64,000 bases of DNA, taken from Plasmodiophora brassicae. Its lineage: Eukaryota. Below are positions 34,921 through 47,154 of the stretch, in pieces; the stretch's first letter is position 1; the number at the start of each line of letters is the position of its first letter. The translations under genes were made by a program, and so were the position numbers. The stretch lies in assembly GCA_036867785.1 (NCBI GenBank), contig CP145416.1, positions 744,001-808,000 of the forward strand. Direction: 5' to 3'. The notes beneath the pieces were generated by a model that was given only the letters and a program-made list of their open reading frames with translations, was not told where the DNA came from and made no database searches.

Positions 34921-37292
34921 ATGGCCGGTGACGACGGCAACCGGAGGCCGTTGCAGTTCGTGCGTGTGCGCAGCGAGATCGATGTCGGGTTCTGGTGCGC
35001 CTTGTCGGAGAAGGTGGGCGGCTGCGGCCCCGTGCGTGGGCCACCGCCGACATGCGCCTGATAGATGGGGGTATCGACAGGTCCTGGCAGAGTGGCAACG
35101 CGAGTCGAGCCGAACGGTGGCGATCATTGCACGTTACGACGTGCGCCGGAATCCATTCCCAGAGGGTCCGCTGATCACGATTGACGCGAATGGTTTTACC
35201 GGCAGGTGATGTTTCGACTCCATCGCGCAGCCTGCAGGTTCTCATCATGTTTGCAGTGACGCACAGGGGCATCGTGCTCCAGGGACACTGATGTGTTTCG
35301 GGACGTATCAGCAGTGGTCGTCATGGGTGGCTCATTCTACGCAACAGTCGCTCCAGGCAACGGCGAACATGATCTGGGACGACATCGCAAGTGGTGCTGT
35401 GCTTGAAAAGCCTGCGTTGTTAGCTCGCTTTGTCCTGGCGGCATACCCTGATCTGAAACAGCACAAGTTCCACTATCTGTTTGGGATTCCAGCCATCGCG
35501 CCCAAGCTGCCGCTGGAGTTGAAGAGTTCCGAACCCGCAACGAATGTAGGTAGCGGGAGAGGCTGCGGTGCGTCTGGCACCTAACACGTTCGTGTAGGTT
35601 CTGACTCATGAACAATGTGGGGCGGTTTCGCGAGCCCTGACGTCGGGCGCAATGAAGGACGGCTTCTTTGCCGTTGACTTGGAACGTGTGGCTGTGTTGA
35701 CCCTTGCACAGTATGACGCGGTCGCATCTGCGCGTGGGACTTCGTCATTGCTGCTCGCAATGGTTGACCTCACCTCGCGTAAAACGGGCAACGACAACCC
35801 ATGCTGGCTGTTTCGAAACTTTGCCACATTAATCGCCCGGACGCGTGGTGCTGGAGTAAACGGTCGTAGTACTTGCCTTGCTCGTCAGTGCTGACCGTCT
35901 GTAATGTCCAGGAGTATCGCTTCCTGTGCATTAGGTCACCTGACGCTGTCAAGTTGTCGGTCGTTTTGACGGTCGTCATGGAGGCATCCGTCACAACATC
36001 CGACGTACAACCAGTTGGATGGGAACGCAATGTGAAGGGTCCCCTTGTGACGCGAACCGTCGATCTGGGTGCGGACGAACACAGCGCGTACGTCTCGGTA
36101 TGCTGATTGGGACACATAGGTTCGTTGATGAACCCGCAACAGCTGGCGTCATCTGGTGCCGACCTCAACTTGCGTTTGATGAAATGGAGACAGTTTCCCG
36201 GCCTGAACCTTGAACGTTTGTCGTCACTGAAGGTGCTGATACTGGGTGCCGGCACGCTTGGCTGCAATGTTGCCAGGAACCTTGCTGCATGGGTGATCTA
36301 GGTCTGCGGCACTGTACTGCATACCAGCTGAATGGACATGTCAAACACAGGGTGTTCGGCAGTTCGCCTTCATCGATAACGGCCGAGTCGCGCATTCGAA
36401 TCCCGTCAGGCAGTCGCTGTTCCGCCTCGAAGATTGCCTCAACGGAGGGATGTTCAAAGTCGAGGCAGCCGCCAGAGCAATGCAAGACATATGCCCGTCC
36501 ATTTCAGCAAAAGGTGTGCATTGGGTGCACATTCTCACGTCGCATATCACTGGCTGACCCAACGAAGGGGTGGCCCTGACTATCCCTATGGTGGGACACC
36601 CGGTGTCAGACAAGAATGCTTCTCAGTGCCAGCAAGACTTCGTCACCCTTACGAGATGTGTCGAGGAAGCTGACGTTGTGTTCCTCCTGACTGATTCACG
36701 CGAATCGCGATGGCTGCCAACCGTGATCGCGCGTGCCAAGAACGTTTCTCTCGTGAATTGTGCCCTCGGCTTTGACACGTTTGTCGTTATGCGACATTCA
36801 ACCGAACGCGATCCTGGCATCGGTTGCTACTTTTGTGCCGATGTCACGGCTCCTGCCGACTCCCTTTCCGATAGGAGTCTCGACCAGCAGTGCACAGTGA
36901 CTCGCCCAGGTAAGCGTGCCCATTTCCCGTATTTGCATGCTACTTCATATGCGGTAGGCGTATCCCCTTGGGCATCTGCGATCGCCGTCGAACTGTACAT
37001 GGCATTACTGCATCGCAATGGAGGCGGGGAAAGCGAGCTCGGCCTGTGCCCAAGTCAGATTCGCGGATGGGTCTCTCGATACGAAACGCGTCCTCTGACG
37101 ACAAATGCATTCGACAAATGCATTGCCTGTTCGCCGCCCATCGTACAAGCCTTCGTCGATCGCGGGTGGGATTTCGTCCTAGAGGCCGTCAACAACCCGG
37201 ATGCCCTTGAAGAGCACAGCGGCCTTGCTGCCATGAAACGCACCGTCGAAGACCACGCCTGGGAACTGGAGAGTGTCGACAGCGACCAATGA
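34921..37292 (+). CDS. ATG7: Autophagy E1-like enzyme ATG7 (multi-exon)
   Basis: LQF...DVGFW, VGWERN, ADLNLRLMKWR, VLILGAGTLGCNVARNL, SNPVRQSLF, FLLTDSRESRWLP and GCYFCADVTAP..DRSLDQQCTVTRPG. Confidence 0.95.
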
Positions 37293-37390
37293 ACAGTCTA
37301 GTCTGTGTTGGAAAGTAGGTATCAATCTGGTGTCAATGTCCATCCGGCAGGACAAAAACAGTGCAGGGCCAATGGCAGTAGGTAGCGCGT

Positions 37391-38203
37391 TTACTTGCTG
37401 CCTGTAGGTGCGTCGTAGACACCAAGTCGATGGATCTTCGATTCGTTTGGTTCCTTGGAGATCACGTCGCTCAGGCGATCCCACCATGAGCCCAGCTGAC
37501 CCTGGGCAATCAGGTCGAACCATGGCGTGAACACCATGCCAAGACTATCTCGTCGTCCCATAAGGTCGTGAAGCTCTTGCTTCGTCACCCATCGCCAGGC
37601 AGCTACCTCGTTGGGATTCGCGTCGATCTTGACGGCGCTGACTTGACAGAACAGAATGTAATCCACTACAAAGCAGAACGGACAGTCAGTTGAATTCTTC
37701 CGAGTCGAATTATGATACTGACTTTCGTGCTCGACCCAGATGCCATCGCCCTGGAACGCTTGGTACTCAATACGAGTGATGAAGCGCAGGTCGTTCGGGT
37801 CAACCGATCTGATCCCGAGCTCGTCGCCCAGCTTGCGAACGGCGGCCCTTTTGATTCCGATCCGCTGGGCGTCGTCAAGCTCCGCTTCGGTGTGCCATGG
37901 GTGGCTGCAACACGTATTGGTCCACATCATCGGGAACGTGATCTTTGACTTGGCGCGCTGCTGCAACATCAACCTCCCCGTCGTATCAAACAGGAACACG
38001 CTGAACGCGCGATGCAAGCGCCCGCCCGGGTGCTCCGCGGTCCGCTCGTGACATTCGCGCTTCGACGCCGACCCCAGCACGCGATCGTCGACGTCGACCA
38101 GGGCAATCGTCTCCGACATCAGCTCGCGCTGCACCGGGTCCATCGCCGTTGCCATCCGACGCAACCCACAACGCCAACTGACCCGGAACGCCGTCAAACC
38201 CAT
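37391..38203 (-). CDS. IDI1: Isopentenyl-diphosphate delta-isomerase type 1
   Basis: LHRAFSVFLF, LQQRAKSKITFPMMWTNTCCSHP, WVEHE|DYILF, NPNEVA and FTPWF, with one in-frame intron near 37668-37721. Confidence 0.95.
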   Translation of the reverse strand: MGLTAFRVSWRCGLRRMATAMDPVQRELMSETIALVDVDDRVLGSASKRECHERTAEHPGGRLHRAFSVFLFDTTGRLMLQQRAKSKITFPMMWTNTCCSHPWHTEAELDDAQRIGIKRAAVRKLGDELGIRSVDPNDLRFITRIEYQAFQGDGIWVEHESQYHNSTRKNSTDCPFCFVVDYILFCQVSAVKIDANPNEVAAWRWVTKQELHDLMGRRDSLGMVFTPWFDLIAQGQLGSWWDRLSDVISKEPNESKIHRLGVYDAPTGSK

Positions 38204-38534
38204 CGATGTAACGCATTTCTATTTTCCTCGCACAGGCCGACAACTCGGCAGCCTCCACGGGGCCCACCGTCGCGCAGAACGTACTGCGAGCTGCCCTACG
38301 GCACCCCACAGTGGACGGGGCTGCTCCGGAGAGGGGCTCCGATTCTCCGATACTAACAGCGTCCAGCGTTACCCGGCGTTGGTAGCGGGGCCACCCCCCG
38401 CAGGAGCCGGGCGGCGGCGTTATTGCTCGCGGTGACCTGGTGGGTTGCGTCATCGTTTAGGTGGGGCACGCGCCCATCCCCATCGTCAGAACACTGTCGG
38501 CGTCGGGTGGTGGACAGCAGCGCGGACGGCACCG

Positions 38535-40114
38535 ATGGAGGACGAATCCTTGTACTTGGCGCTGAAGGCCAAGGTCAAGGCCGCCAGTCGCGCCATCATG
38601 GACGAACCGGACTGGGCGGCCAACCTGGAGATCGTCGATCTCCTCAACGAAAACCAACACTAGTATGCATGCTGCGCGCGTCGACCGCTGTGGCGGTACT
38701 GATAACCTGCCCCTGTAGCATTCCGCATGTCGCCCGAGTGCTGAGAAAGCGCATCCGGCACTGGAACCCGAACGTCGGCTTGCTGGCCTTGCATGTATGT
38801 TCGCGTGAGGCCGCCCTTGCCCGCATCGCGTTCGCTAATGGTACCCCAGATCACCGAGGCGCTCGTGAAGAACTGCCCAGCATTCCATGCCCACGTCGCG
38901 CATCCCGATTTCGTGGATGTCATGCTCAAGGAGCTGTACCGCAAGGTGGGCGTGCTTTGGCAGGATTTGTCAGTAGCGCTGTACTGAACGTGCCCCTGGT
39001 GCAGAAAGAGAAGAAGACGCTGCTGCAGCACCTGCAGCTGCAGGAGCAGAAGGTGTCGGAGGTGAGCCGCCTCCAGCGTCGTGACAAGATCCTGCTGCTG
39101 GTCGAGAGCTGGGCGCGCGCCAACAAGAAGCCGAACGACGCGCTGGAGATCTACAGGATCACGTACGAGGACCTACTTCGACAAGGGTTCACGTTCCCGG
39201 CCCCGCTGAAGGACGAGGTGTCGCCCGTGTTCACGCCCGCGGCGAAGCCACGCGTCCTGCCAGAAACGGACACGACCGGGCCCGTCAAGGATTACGGCCT
39301 GCAGAACGACCTGGCCACGATCGAGTTGTTCATGGACGTACTGAACGGCACGAAGCCGAACGAGAACCTGACGGCGAACGATGCGGTCGTGTCGCTGAAG
39401 GCGTCGCTGGAGGCGTCGCAGCAGGAGATCATGAACCGGATTGGGCAGGACCCGTCCGAGGAGCTCATGGCCGAGCTGCTGATCGTCAACGACGAGATCT
39501 GCCAGGCCATGGAGTTCTACGAAGGCATCCGGTCGGGGAAGGTCAAGCCGAAGAACAAGAAGGTGTCGCAGAAGAAGGAGCGACCAAAGGGCCAGCGCGT
39601 GTCGGTCTTCGCCAAGGACCCTGTCGACATATTGGGCCTGAACTCGACGTCGCCACCTCCGTACGAATCTGAAAGCGAAGACGAGAGTGACGACGATGAC
39701 GATGAGAACGACAGCGAAGCAGAGGTGCCTCAGAAGGCGAAGCAGGCGCCGTCTAGTAACAAGCAGTCGCCGTCCAGTAACAAATCGCAGCCGAACGAGG
39801 AAACGTCCCGGGAGCTGGTGCTGGCATCGAAGGCGCTGGCGCCACCGCGAAGCAATGCGAAATCGAGGAACGCGCAGAAGGCCATCATGGTTGACGAGAG
39901 CAACGACGCGTTCAAGTCGTCGGCGCAGGCGTCGTCACCGTCGGCCGAGAAGGATCCGTTCGACGTGTTCAGCGCGTCGGCACCCGTTGACGCCAACGGC
40001 CACCCGCTGTCGGCTGCTGATGCGCTCCTTTCGCAGCTGGCCATCGTCCCGAAGAAGGCACCGCAGCAGCAGCAGCAGCAAAAGTCTGACCTTAACGTAT
40101 TCGACCCTGTCTAG
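38535..40114 (+). CDS. VHS-GAT domain protein (TOM1/TOL-like)
   Basis: EPDWAANLEIVDLLN, LRKRIRHWNPNVGLLAL, EALVKNC, RDKILLLVESW, YEDLLRQGFTFP and the GAT segment EELMAELLIVNDEI. The acidic tail contains DPF. Confidence 0.85.
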
Positions 40115-41203
40115 ACGCGCGCCGTGGTCATAAAACGCAATCGTCCAGTGTCAGCCCTTCGAACTATGCTGCGAAGCGAGGTCGTCGATCCAGACTCGGA
40201 TGGCGTGTCTATGCCGACGGGGTTGGATGGATGGACGACGGATACGCACATCACCCGCAGCGCCCCTACCTGAGTGCACATGGTGTGCCATGGATGTACT
40301 AGAGCAGCTCTGCAGTCCAAGCGACGAACGAAGGGCCATAAGATGGCCAGGAATGGACGCGAACTGCGGCCGCAACCTTGTCGAACGCTTCACCAGGTGT
40401 CGAACCGGCATACACGTACGGCCGGGTACGCTCATTCATTGCAGACCGGCGTCCATTTGCGATAGCCGCTGAGCGAGCGCGCCTGGTTGTACGTTGTTGC
40501 CCGTTCGCAGTGCTCGACTGATCAGCGTGTCAAAGCGCGCTGTCAGAGGCTTCCACGAGAGGATCCAGTGCATCTCTTTGAATAGGTCAGCGTTGAATTC
40601 CCAAGGCTCGGACGTCTTTCACGGTCCGAATGAAACACTGAGCGTTGTCCGACTCTTCCTCGATGCGGTGGCAGTGGTACTGCTTGAGCGTTCTTGTGCA
40701 CACGTCCTGAAAGCTGGGCTCGGCACCAGTCGAAGACCCGTTCAAAGAGGGTCCGGATCGTATTCGACACAAACGCGGAACTTTAGCTCGCCTCACGTAA
40801 GCCTGCAGGCCTGTTCGGCTACCCGTTACTACCACCGTCAACCTATGCGACGGAACCTGAGGTTAACCGCCGGGAATCAGTCCAAACATGGTTTTGACGA
40901 TGATTGAAGGCTATCTGCGAGTTTGCTATCGGCGCAGACCAACGGCAACTGGTCCGTGCGTTCATAGACACCCTCACCGACACCCTACTGTTTACTGATT
41001 AAGACCTACGCCTGTGCGAGGCTCGGGTTTACGCCTCTGCGAGCAAAGTCGACCGTTCGGCGTGTAGCAAGGGCATTTAAGAAAAGCGTCTGGATCACCC
41101 GGACTGGCCCGCCCCACTCGGGAATGTGACTAAACGGTAGCAGCGACGGAAATGCTGCCATGTTGGCTCTCAGGCAGCACCGCTCGATGCGACACAATTC
41201 GCC

Positions 41204-44203
41204 TTAAATAATGAAACCGTCTATGGACCATGGGTTGGAGACGCGCTCATTTTCGAATACAAGTTGAGGATGCAGGCGGTGCAAATCAGAACGTGCAGAT
41301 GGCAGCGGTTCGCGAAGATTCCATTCATGGGGGAGATTGCTAATCAGGACAGAATATCCAGAAAGGACACTGTCGCGCACAGTGGTGTAGGCTGGTGATG
41401 GCTGAAGCTGGGCACAGCACGATGCAATATACTGGACTGTTTCAAGCTGAACGAAACTGAGATCGCCGAGAGTCGTTGCCACTGTCAGAAGATGGTCGAA
41501 GATTGCTGCAATCAAGCGCGGCATGGTGTCAGAGATAGACCGGGGTAGGGCAGCATCATCTAGGGGTTCCACCACTGAAACCCGTTGCACGTATGGAAGG
41601 CCTTCAACAACCAGGCACATCGCAAGGGCGTTCACTTGATCACGATTCGGGACACATGCCCAAACATCATTGGAAAGCTTCGCTAAAGCGTCCGCGCGCA
41701 TTTCACTGCATTCTGCCGCGACCATTAGAGTGATATTCGCCAAGTCGTGCAGAGCACGAGCGCAGGACCAACTCGCAACGGGGCGAGACGCATCTAGCTC
41801 GATGCTTCTCGACGCAAACTGATATATTAGCGTCTGAAATTCAACGCTGGCGGCCGTCACAATGCCATTGTGCTGCAGTACATCCGCTCGGGCGATGCAC
41901 GAACGAATGTGAACAGAATGATCACGAGTAAGGCGGCAACAACGAGGGATTACAAGGCCAATATCAGGGGCTGTAGGACGCGGCTGCCCCAGCAAATACA
42001 AGCACAACTGCAACGCACGTCTAGTCGATGACAGGATATGTCTTGATTCGATATGATTAATGGCAGGAAGGAAGAACCAGTGGACCAGGTAGCCAATAAA
42101 CTCATCAGGGCAGTTTTGGATCGCGGCAACCCAAGCTTCGAATGGGGACTTTGGTAAAAACCGTTCAACGGCACGTGCAAGGGTTTGGCTTAGGCCGCGG
42201 TCTTGAACGTAATTCAATTGCGCCAGAGACGGCAGAACATATTCGACAGAGCTGTCGTTGCCTTCAGGAGCGCGAAGAAAGATGTCTACCAGTCGTCTGA
42301 ATAGCGTCGTGCTCGTTGTGTTCAGATGCAGGAACGGTGCGCAATGCACTAAAACGCTGCCAAGGGCGCGATTCGAAAACTCGTCGTACCAACTAGGATG
42401 ATCGGCTCGACGGGCCAATTCAGTGACGGACAACAAATTCATGAATGGCGATGCAAACTGCAATGCCAGCATTGAAGATCGGGGCTTGGAGTCAAACAGG
42501 TGGCGGGTGGCGCGAACCACGGCGACGACAGCGTTCGTGCGGTTTTGAGCTGCGACACTGATGTCAACAATGAGGCCTTTTGCAGCGGTAATGATTTCCC
42601 AAGAAGGCATATCCCCGACGTCAAAGACAGCGTTGAGCCATATGTGCAGCAGCTGAAGGTCAGGCAGATTCAGGACTTGAAGGTTGCGCACCTGACCGAC
42701 TATGGCACTAGGTATGCGCCTGACGAACAGGCGTGGACTATGGCACCAGTTGTACACCTGCTGCTTTACAATGTCGCCGATTAGATCACAGGCGGCAGAG
42801 GGTTGTTGACAGCGGATGGCGTGCGTTGCCACTTGGCTGATCGAGCGAACGAGGGCGGACGCTGTCAGTTCGTTGATCGTCTCAACGCGGTCAGAAGCGA
42901 CCCATCGCTTCAGCGCCAGAGCGACCGGCATCAGAGTCGGAAGAATGGCCGTCTGGCGATCTTCACAGCCAGCCACCATGTCGAGCAGCGACTCGACGAT
43001 TGCTAGGTTTGCATTGAAGACAGCAGATGGTAATGTCAGATCGCATGCACATTCGGCAAACCAACCTGATAGGATGCAGTGCGCATCGGGAGCACGAGCA
43101 ATGACATGAGCGATTGCCGTACGCAAGGCATCTGCCTGGACGGCATCGTCCCGCACGCTCCGCCATACTGCAGAGGCCAGTAGCGATAACGACCGAAACT
43201 CCTCGACCCCAGCCTGTCGTTCAGCAGCAGCTGCTGCGATATAAAATGTCGATTCAACAAGGATGGGACGTGGGGCTGAGCCCAACCAGCCGATCATGAT
43301 CCTGGCTACTGATTCAAGTTGGTGAGGAGCGAGCATGCTCATCACAATCAGAGTAGACACAGAAAGGGTTGACGGAGAGGAAGCGCATAGAGCCCCGAGC
43401 TTCGTGTACAAGCGCAGAAGTAGTGTAGAATTGAGACGTCTCCCGTGCACATACAAAATGTGCAGGAATCTGCCGAGAGGACCATCACTTATGGATGAAG
43501 CCCTTGTGAACTCCATCCCATCAGCATGCTTCCGTAGGCTACTTGGAAACGATGCTGTTGTAGGTAGATCGGAGAGCCGGGAGAAACAGCACTGGATAAC
43601 AGCCGCTGCATCACGATGCGTCTGTTCGTTCCAGTTTACGAAAAGGGGGACCAGGTGGGACAGAATATCATCAAGTGCTGTCGACAAGTCTCGCTTGAGC
43701 AAAGCAAGCACAGCAGTCCAGTGAGGCACGGGAAGACATGCCAGAACATCCCAGGCAGCCTTAACAGGCACTTCAGACAGAATGTCAATGAACGCTGCAG
43801 ATGTCGCAGGCGTGAATAGGTTCGCTGGTAACTGGTGTCGAGCAGGAAGACGACATACCCATCGCATGACGTTTCGCACAGATTTGTCGTCATTGACGGC
43901 GACAATCACCTCGACGAGGGTTTCGAGCGCTTCCCATAACCTTTCGTTGTCGATATCTCGCGACAGCTTAATAAAGATCGATGATTGCACCAGGTTGATA
44001 AACGAGAGCAAGGAAGGCGATGCCGAAGGCGGCGACGGGATCAGCGCGCGAAGCTGAGAGAGAAACACGACCGCCTGAGGCGTCCCGAGCACGCCTCGCA
44101 GCTGTGCCGCTGCCTGTACGCCGATATCATTATCGGCCAACGACGCTGCCGCCTGACCGCTCCTCAGCAACCAACCCGGGTCAATCGCAACAACGGTCTC
44201 CAT
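41204..44203 (-). CDS. Large intronless alpha-helical protein, MMS22L-like
   Basis: A ~1000-aa Leu-rich ORF. The segment GSVLVHCAPFLH...LFRRLVDIFL..P...LAQLNYVQD..LSQTLARAVERFLPKSP resembles the MMS22L C-terminal region (recognised from memory, not searched). Confidence 0.55.
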   Translation of the reverse strand: METVVAIDPGWLLRSGQAAASLADNDIGVQAAAQLRGVLGTPQAVVFLSQLRALIPSPPSASPSLLSFINLVQSSIFIKLSRDIDNERLWEALETLVEVIVAVNDDKSVRNVMRWVCRLPARHQLPANLFTPATSAAFIDILSEVPVKAAWDVLACLPVPHWTAVLALLKRDLSTALDDILSHLVPLFVNWNEQTHRDAAAVIQCCFSRLSDLPTTASFPSSLRKHADGMEFTRASSISDGPLGRFLHILYVHGRRLNSTLLLRLYTKLGALCASSPSTLSVSTLIVMSMLAPHQLESVARIMIGWLGSAPRPILVESTFYIAAAAAERQAGVEEFRSLSLLASAVWRSVRDDAVQADALRTAIAHVIARAPDAHCILSGWFAECACDLTLPSAVFNANLAIVESLLDMVAGCEDRQTAILPTLMPVALALKRWVASDRVETINELTASALVRSISQVATHAIRCQQPSAACDLIGDIVKQQVYNWCHSPRLFVRRIPSAIVGQVRNLQVLNLPDLQLLHIWLNAVFDVGDMPSWEIITAAKGLIVDISVAAQNRTNAVVAVVRATRHLFDSKPRSSMLALQFASPFMNLLSVTELARRADHPSWYDEFSNRALGSVLVHCAPFLHLNTTSTTLFRRLVDIFLRAPEGNDSSVEYVLPSLAQLNYVQDRGLSQTLARAVERFLPKSPFEAWVAAIQNCPDEFIGYLVHWFFLPAINHIESRHILSSTRRALQLCLYLLGQPRPTAPDIGLVIPRCCRLTRDHSVHIRSCIARADVLQHNGIVTAASVEFQTLIYQFASRSIELDASRPVASWSCARALHDLANITLMVAAECSEMRADALAKLSNDVWACVPNRDQVNALAMCLVVEGLPYVQRVSVVEPLDDAALPRSISDTMPRLIAAIFDHLLTVATTLGDLSFVQLETVQYIASCCAQLQPSPAYTTVRDSVLSGYSVLISNLPHEWNLREPLPSARSDLHRLHPQLVFENERVSNPWSIDGFII

Positions 44204-44262
44204 CAAGCCACTCACCCGGAACCGAAGGAAGGCACCCCGTGGCCCGTGCAAGGTTGCGAGAC

Positions 44263-44351
44263 CTAGTTATAACTTTTTTGATGTAACTAGTTTATATTAA
44301 GTTATAACTTGTTATAACTCGAGGCCGGATTTAGGGGGGCTAGTTATAACT
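44263..44351. repeat. AT-rich cluster of palindromic GTTATAAC motifs
   Basis: GTTATAAC occurs at 44266, 44301, 44311 and 44343. CTAGTTATAACT is directly repeated at 44263 and 44340. Confidence 0.9.
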
Positions 44352-44359
44352 GCCTTGGT

Positions 44360-45900
44360 AGGGGGGGCCGCCGGCATACCGACGCTCAAGAAAGTGAACA
44401 TCCTCATCTGCAGTTGCTTCCATCTGTCTGTCGGACGCCAGCACCTGCTTGGGAAGACTCTTCATCTCAGCAGTCTCAAGCGTCTGCTGACAACCCTCTA
44501 CAACTTGGCGAAGTCCTCGTTCACGACTAGGACTGATGTGCATAGCCTCTCGACCGTCTCCTTCATCGAGTACGCGTCCACTATTAGGCGCGCCGCTATC
44601 TCCGGGTTGACTTTTCGAAGCATGTCGCCGGGTATCGCGGCAATGTTAACAGCAAGGAACTCCAGCAGAATTTCTCCTGACCATGCAAGGAGCGTTTGCC
44701 TCGGTAGACCAACGTCGTCGCACGCACGTGCCAGAGCCTGATGCAACGCTGACAAACAACCCAACGATTAATGCAACATCCCCGTTGCTGCCATTGCACA
44801 CGGAGCTTACGATGATTAGGCTGCTCGCGCGAGTCGTTGACCGCCTTTAAAAGAGTGGGGTAGATACATCAACACGCTCGCAGCACACACTGTAAGGAAC
44901 CCAGGGGACCTCCTATTCCATAGGTTCCAGTTTGGACCGAAGAGCGCAAGTATCCAATCGTCAACACGTTGCTGCTCGGCCGTGTCGCCTGTGGCGAAGG
45001 CGAAAGACATCGATTTCCCCTGAGTCGCTCGGCCACCCAGCCAGAACACGACCGAGGCGAACGTCACCGATGCCGCCGCCAACGATGTACTCGAGGGCAG
45101 TACACATGGATTCAAGTTTCCGCCCACCACGGAAAGGAATGCAGGACACGGTGACCCCGCCGGCGTCGGCAGCAGCAGACGTTTCGCAACGACGTAGGGA
45201 ATGCGACCTCGTCCCTGGAAGCATATGGCCGCCCCTGTCGCCCCTGCTGGGGGACATCGTCACCAGGTGCTCGTACCGGGCCACCAGGGTGTTGATCATA
45301 TTGTTCAGGGTACGCCACGATGTCTTTCGGATGAATGGACACATTCTCTGCAAACCAGATAAATCAGTTTGAAAGAAGTTCTGCCACCAGTCCCCTAGTT
45401 CAACGTACCTGTTCTGGTCGGGGACAGTTGCCACGAGACTGCCGAGGGTGTGAAAGAAGTCGGCCCGAAAGTCGTTACGCCTTTGTGCCGGCCAGGTGCC
45501 CTATCGATGATAACGGTCCCAGGGTCGTTGGCGGATTCCTGAACGCCTTCCTCAATTTCTTACCAACGTCCTTGTACCACTTCTCGTTGAGGAGGCCGTA
45601 TACAGGATTGTTCGCTCCGAAGCGCCGAACGAGACGGTCCCTCATCCGAGACACGTAGGAACTCGCCGTTCCGAACTTGGTAACCGAAGGGGGTCTGCCG
45701 ATCAGGAACGACCCGAACCGCTCGAACAGGTCCACTGTGGCATCGTCACTCGTGAGATCATCAGAATGTCGTGCCGAGGTGATCTCCCGCATTGCAGGGT
45801 CAGCCAGGAAACGGTGAAATTGATCCAGAGCGCAACCGACTGGTTACGCCTGCTGGTCCCCAATTCTTCGTCCTGGACGACACGAGGAGTCGGAGCGGCA
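44360..45900 (-). mobile_element. Decayed Crypton-like (tyrosine recombinase) element
   Basis: Broken frames give LFERFGSFL..TASSYVSRMRDRL..WYKDV, then SHSLRR...FRGG....TALEYIVGGGIGDVRLGRVLAGWP (H-x-x-R ... Y catalytic box), then LLAWSGEILLEFLAVN. The region has stops and frameshifts. Confidence 0.7.
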
Positions 45901-46322
45901 GGCTGGATGTGGACGACGCGTCGGACGTGGACGTATACGACGTCGTTGGCGCGCAGCGGAGCCGCGTTTGTCTCAGTGTCCGCCGTGGTTCTGACAGCCC
46001 GATACAATGCTGAATCGTGATCACGCGCTGTCGGGGTCGCCCATGTCGGCGTCGAAAGCAATCGTACCGTTGCCGAAAACCGTCATGTCGACTGGTGAGG
46101 ACATGAGCTCCCCGGTTGCTATCTGGCTTCAGGACACAGGCGTGTCCAGGACGCCAACCGGCAGCCCAGGTTGTGAAAGGCGCTCCTCCTCCACGTATTT
46201 GTGCAGGAGTCTGGTCAACTCTGAAGATGACCGGCAGCCTCTCGAACGTAAGTTGCCTACGTTGCCCAGCGTTTTCAGCGTCAAGTTGAACCCCTCGAAC
46301 GCCATTGTCGCGCCAGTTCGAC

Positions 46323-47021
46323 CCATCATTGCGTTTTGACATGATGTCCACCTTAGGTATCTCTGGACGGCATCGACAAAGAGCTATCATCTTACATTGC
46401 CGCAGTCAACGAGAACGTGCAGCCGAGGCATACAGATATAACCCGCTGGTGGCAAGATCATCGGAACATAAGGTTATATCCCATTGCGATGGATTATCTG
46501 GCAGCCCCCGCTACATCGATTCCATCCGAGCGTGCTAACAGCACAGCTAGGCGGATTTTTTATGCTCGCGAAACGTTGTCCAACGTCATGTTCAAAGCGG
46601 AAATCTGTGTTTCGTCTTGGATGGAGGATGTTGCTGTTAGCACGCTCGGATGGAATCGATGTAGCTGGGGCTGCCAGATAATCCACCGCAATGGGATATA
46701 ACCTTATGTTCCGATGATCTTGCCACCAGCGGGTTATATCTGTATGCCTCGGCTGCAAGTTCTCGTTGACTGCGGCAATGTAAGATGATAGCTCTTTGTC
46801 GATGCCGTCCAGAGATACCTAAGGTAGACATAGTGTCGAAACGCAATGATGGTGGCAAGCACAACCTGTTGCTGCTCGCAACACGCTGTCATCCGCTTTG
46901 AACATGACGTTGGACAACGTTTCGCGATCATCAAAAATCTGCCTAGCTGTACTGTTAGCACGCTCAGATGGAATCGATGTAGCTGGGGCTGCCAGGTAAT
47001 CCACCGCAATGGGATATAACC
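46323..47021. mobile_element. Three hAT transposase C-terminal dimerisation-domain fragments arranged as a fold-back
   Basis: ELSSYI...DITRWWQDH..LYPIAMDYLAAPATSIPSERANSTA. Arms 46323-46543 and 46632-46852 are reverse complements, and a third copy lies at 46893-47021 on the minus strand. Confidence 0.9.
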
Positions 47022-47154
47022 TGTACTTGTTCGCTAGGTGCGCGCTTTGAATTGAACCTACAGGATCTGTCGCGTGCCTACTGGGTCGTGTGTCTGATAC
47101 CATCTTTTGACGCATGCGCTGACGTAAATATCTTGTTGGCGGGCATAGCATCCC

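Noticed and set aside
40151-41197. Possible spliced gene between the TOM1-like and MMS22L-like genes
   Set aside because: I could not assemble a consistent exon chain or recognise a motif.
44329-44339. Telomere-like TTTAGGG
   Set aside because: It is a single unit, not a tandem array.
45900-46320. Possible DDE transposase fragment (VDQTP...) between the YR relic and the hAT arm
   Set aside because: Too short and ambiguous among frames to assign.
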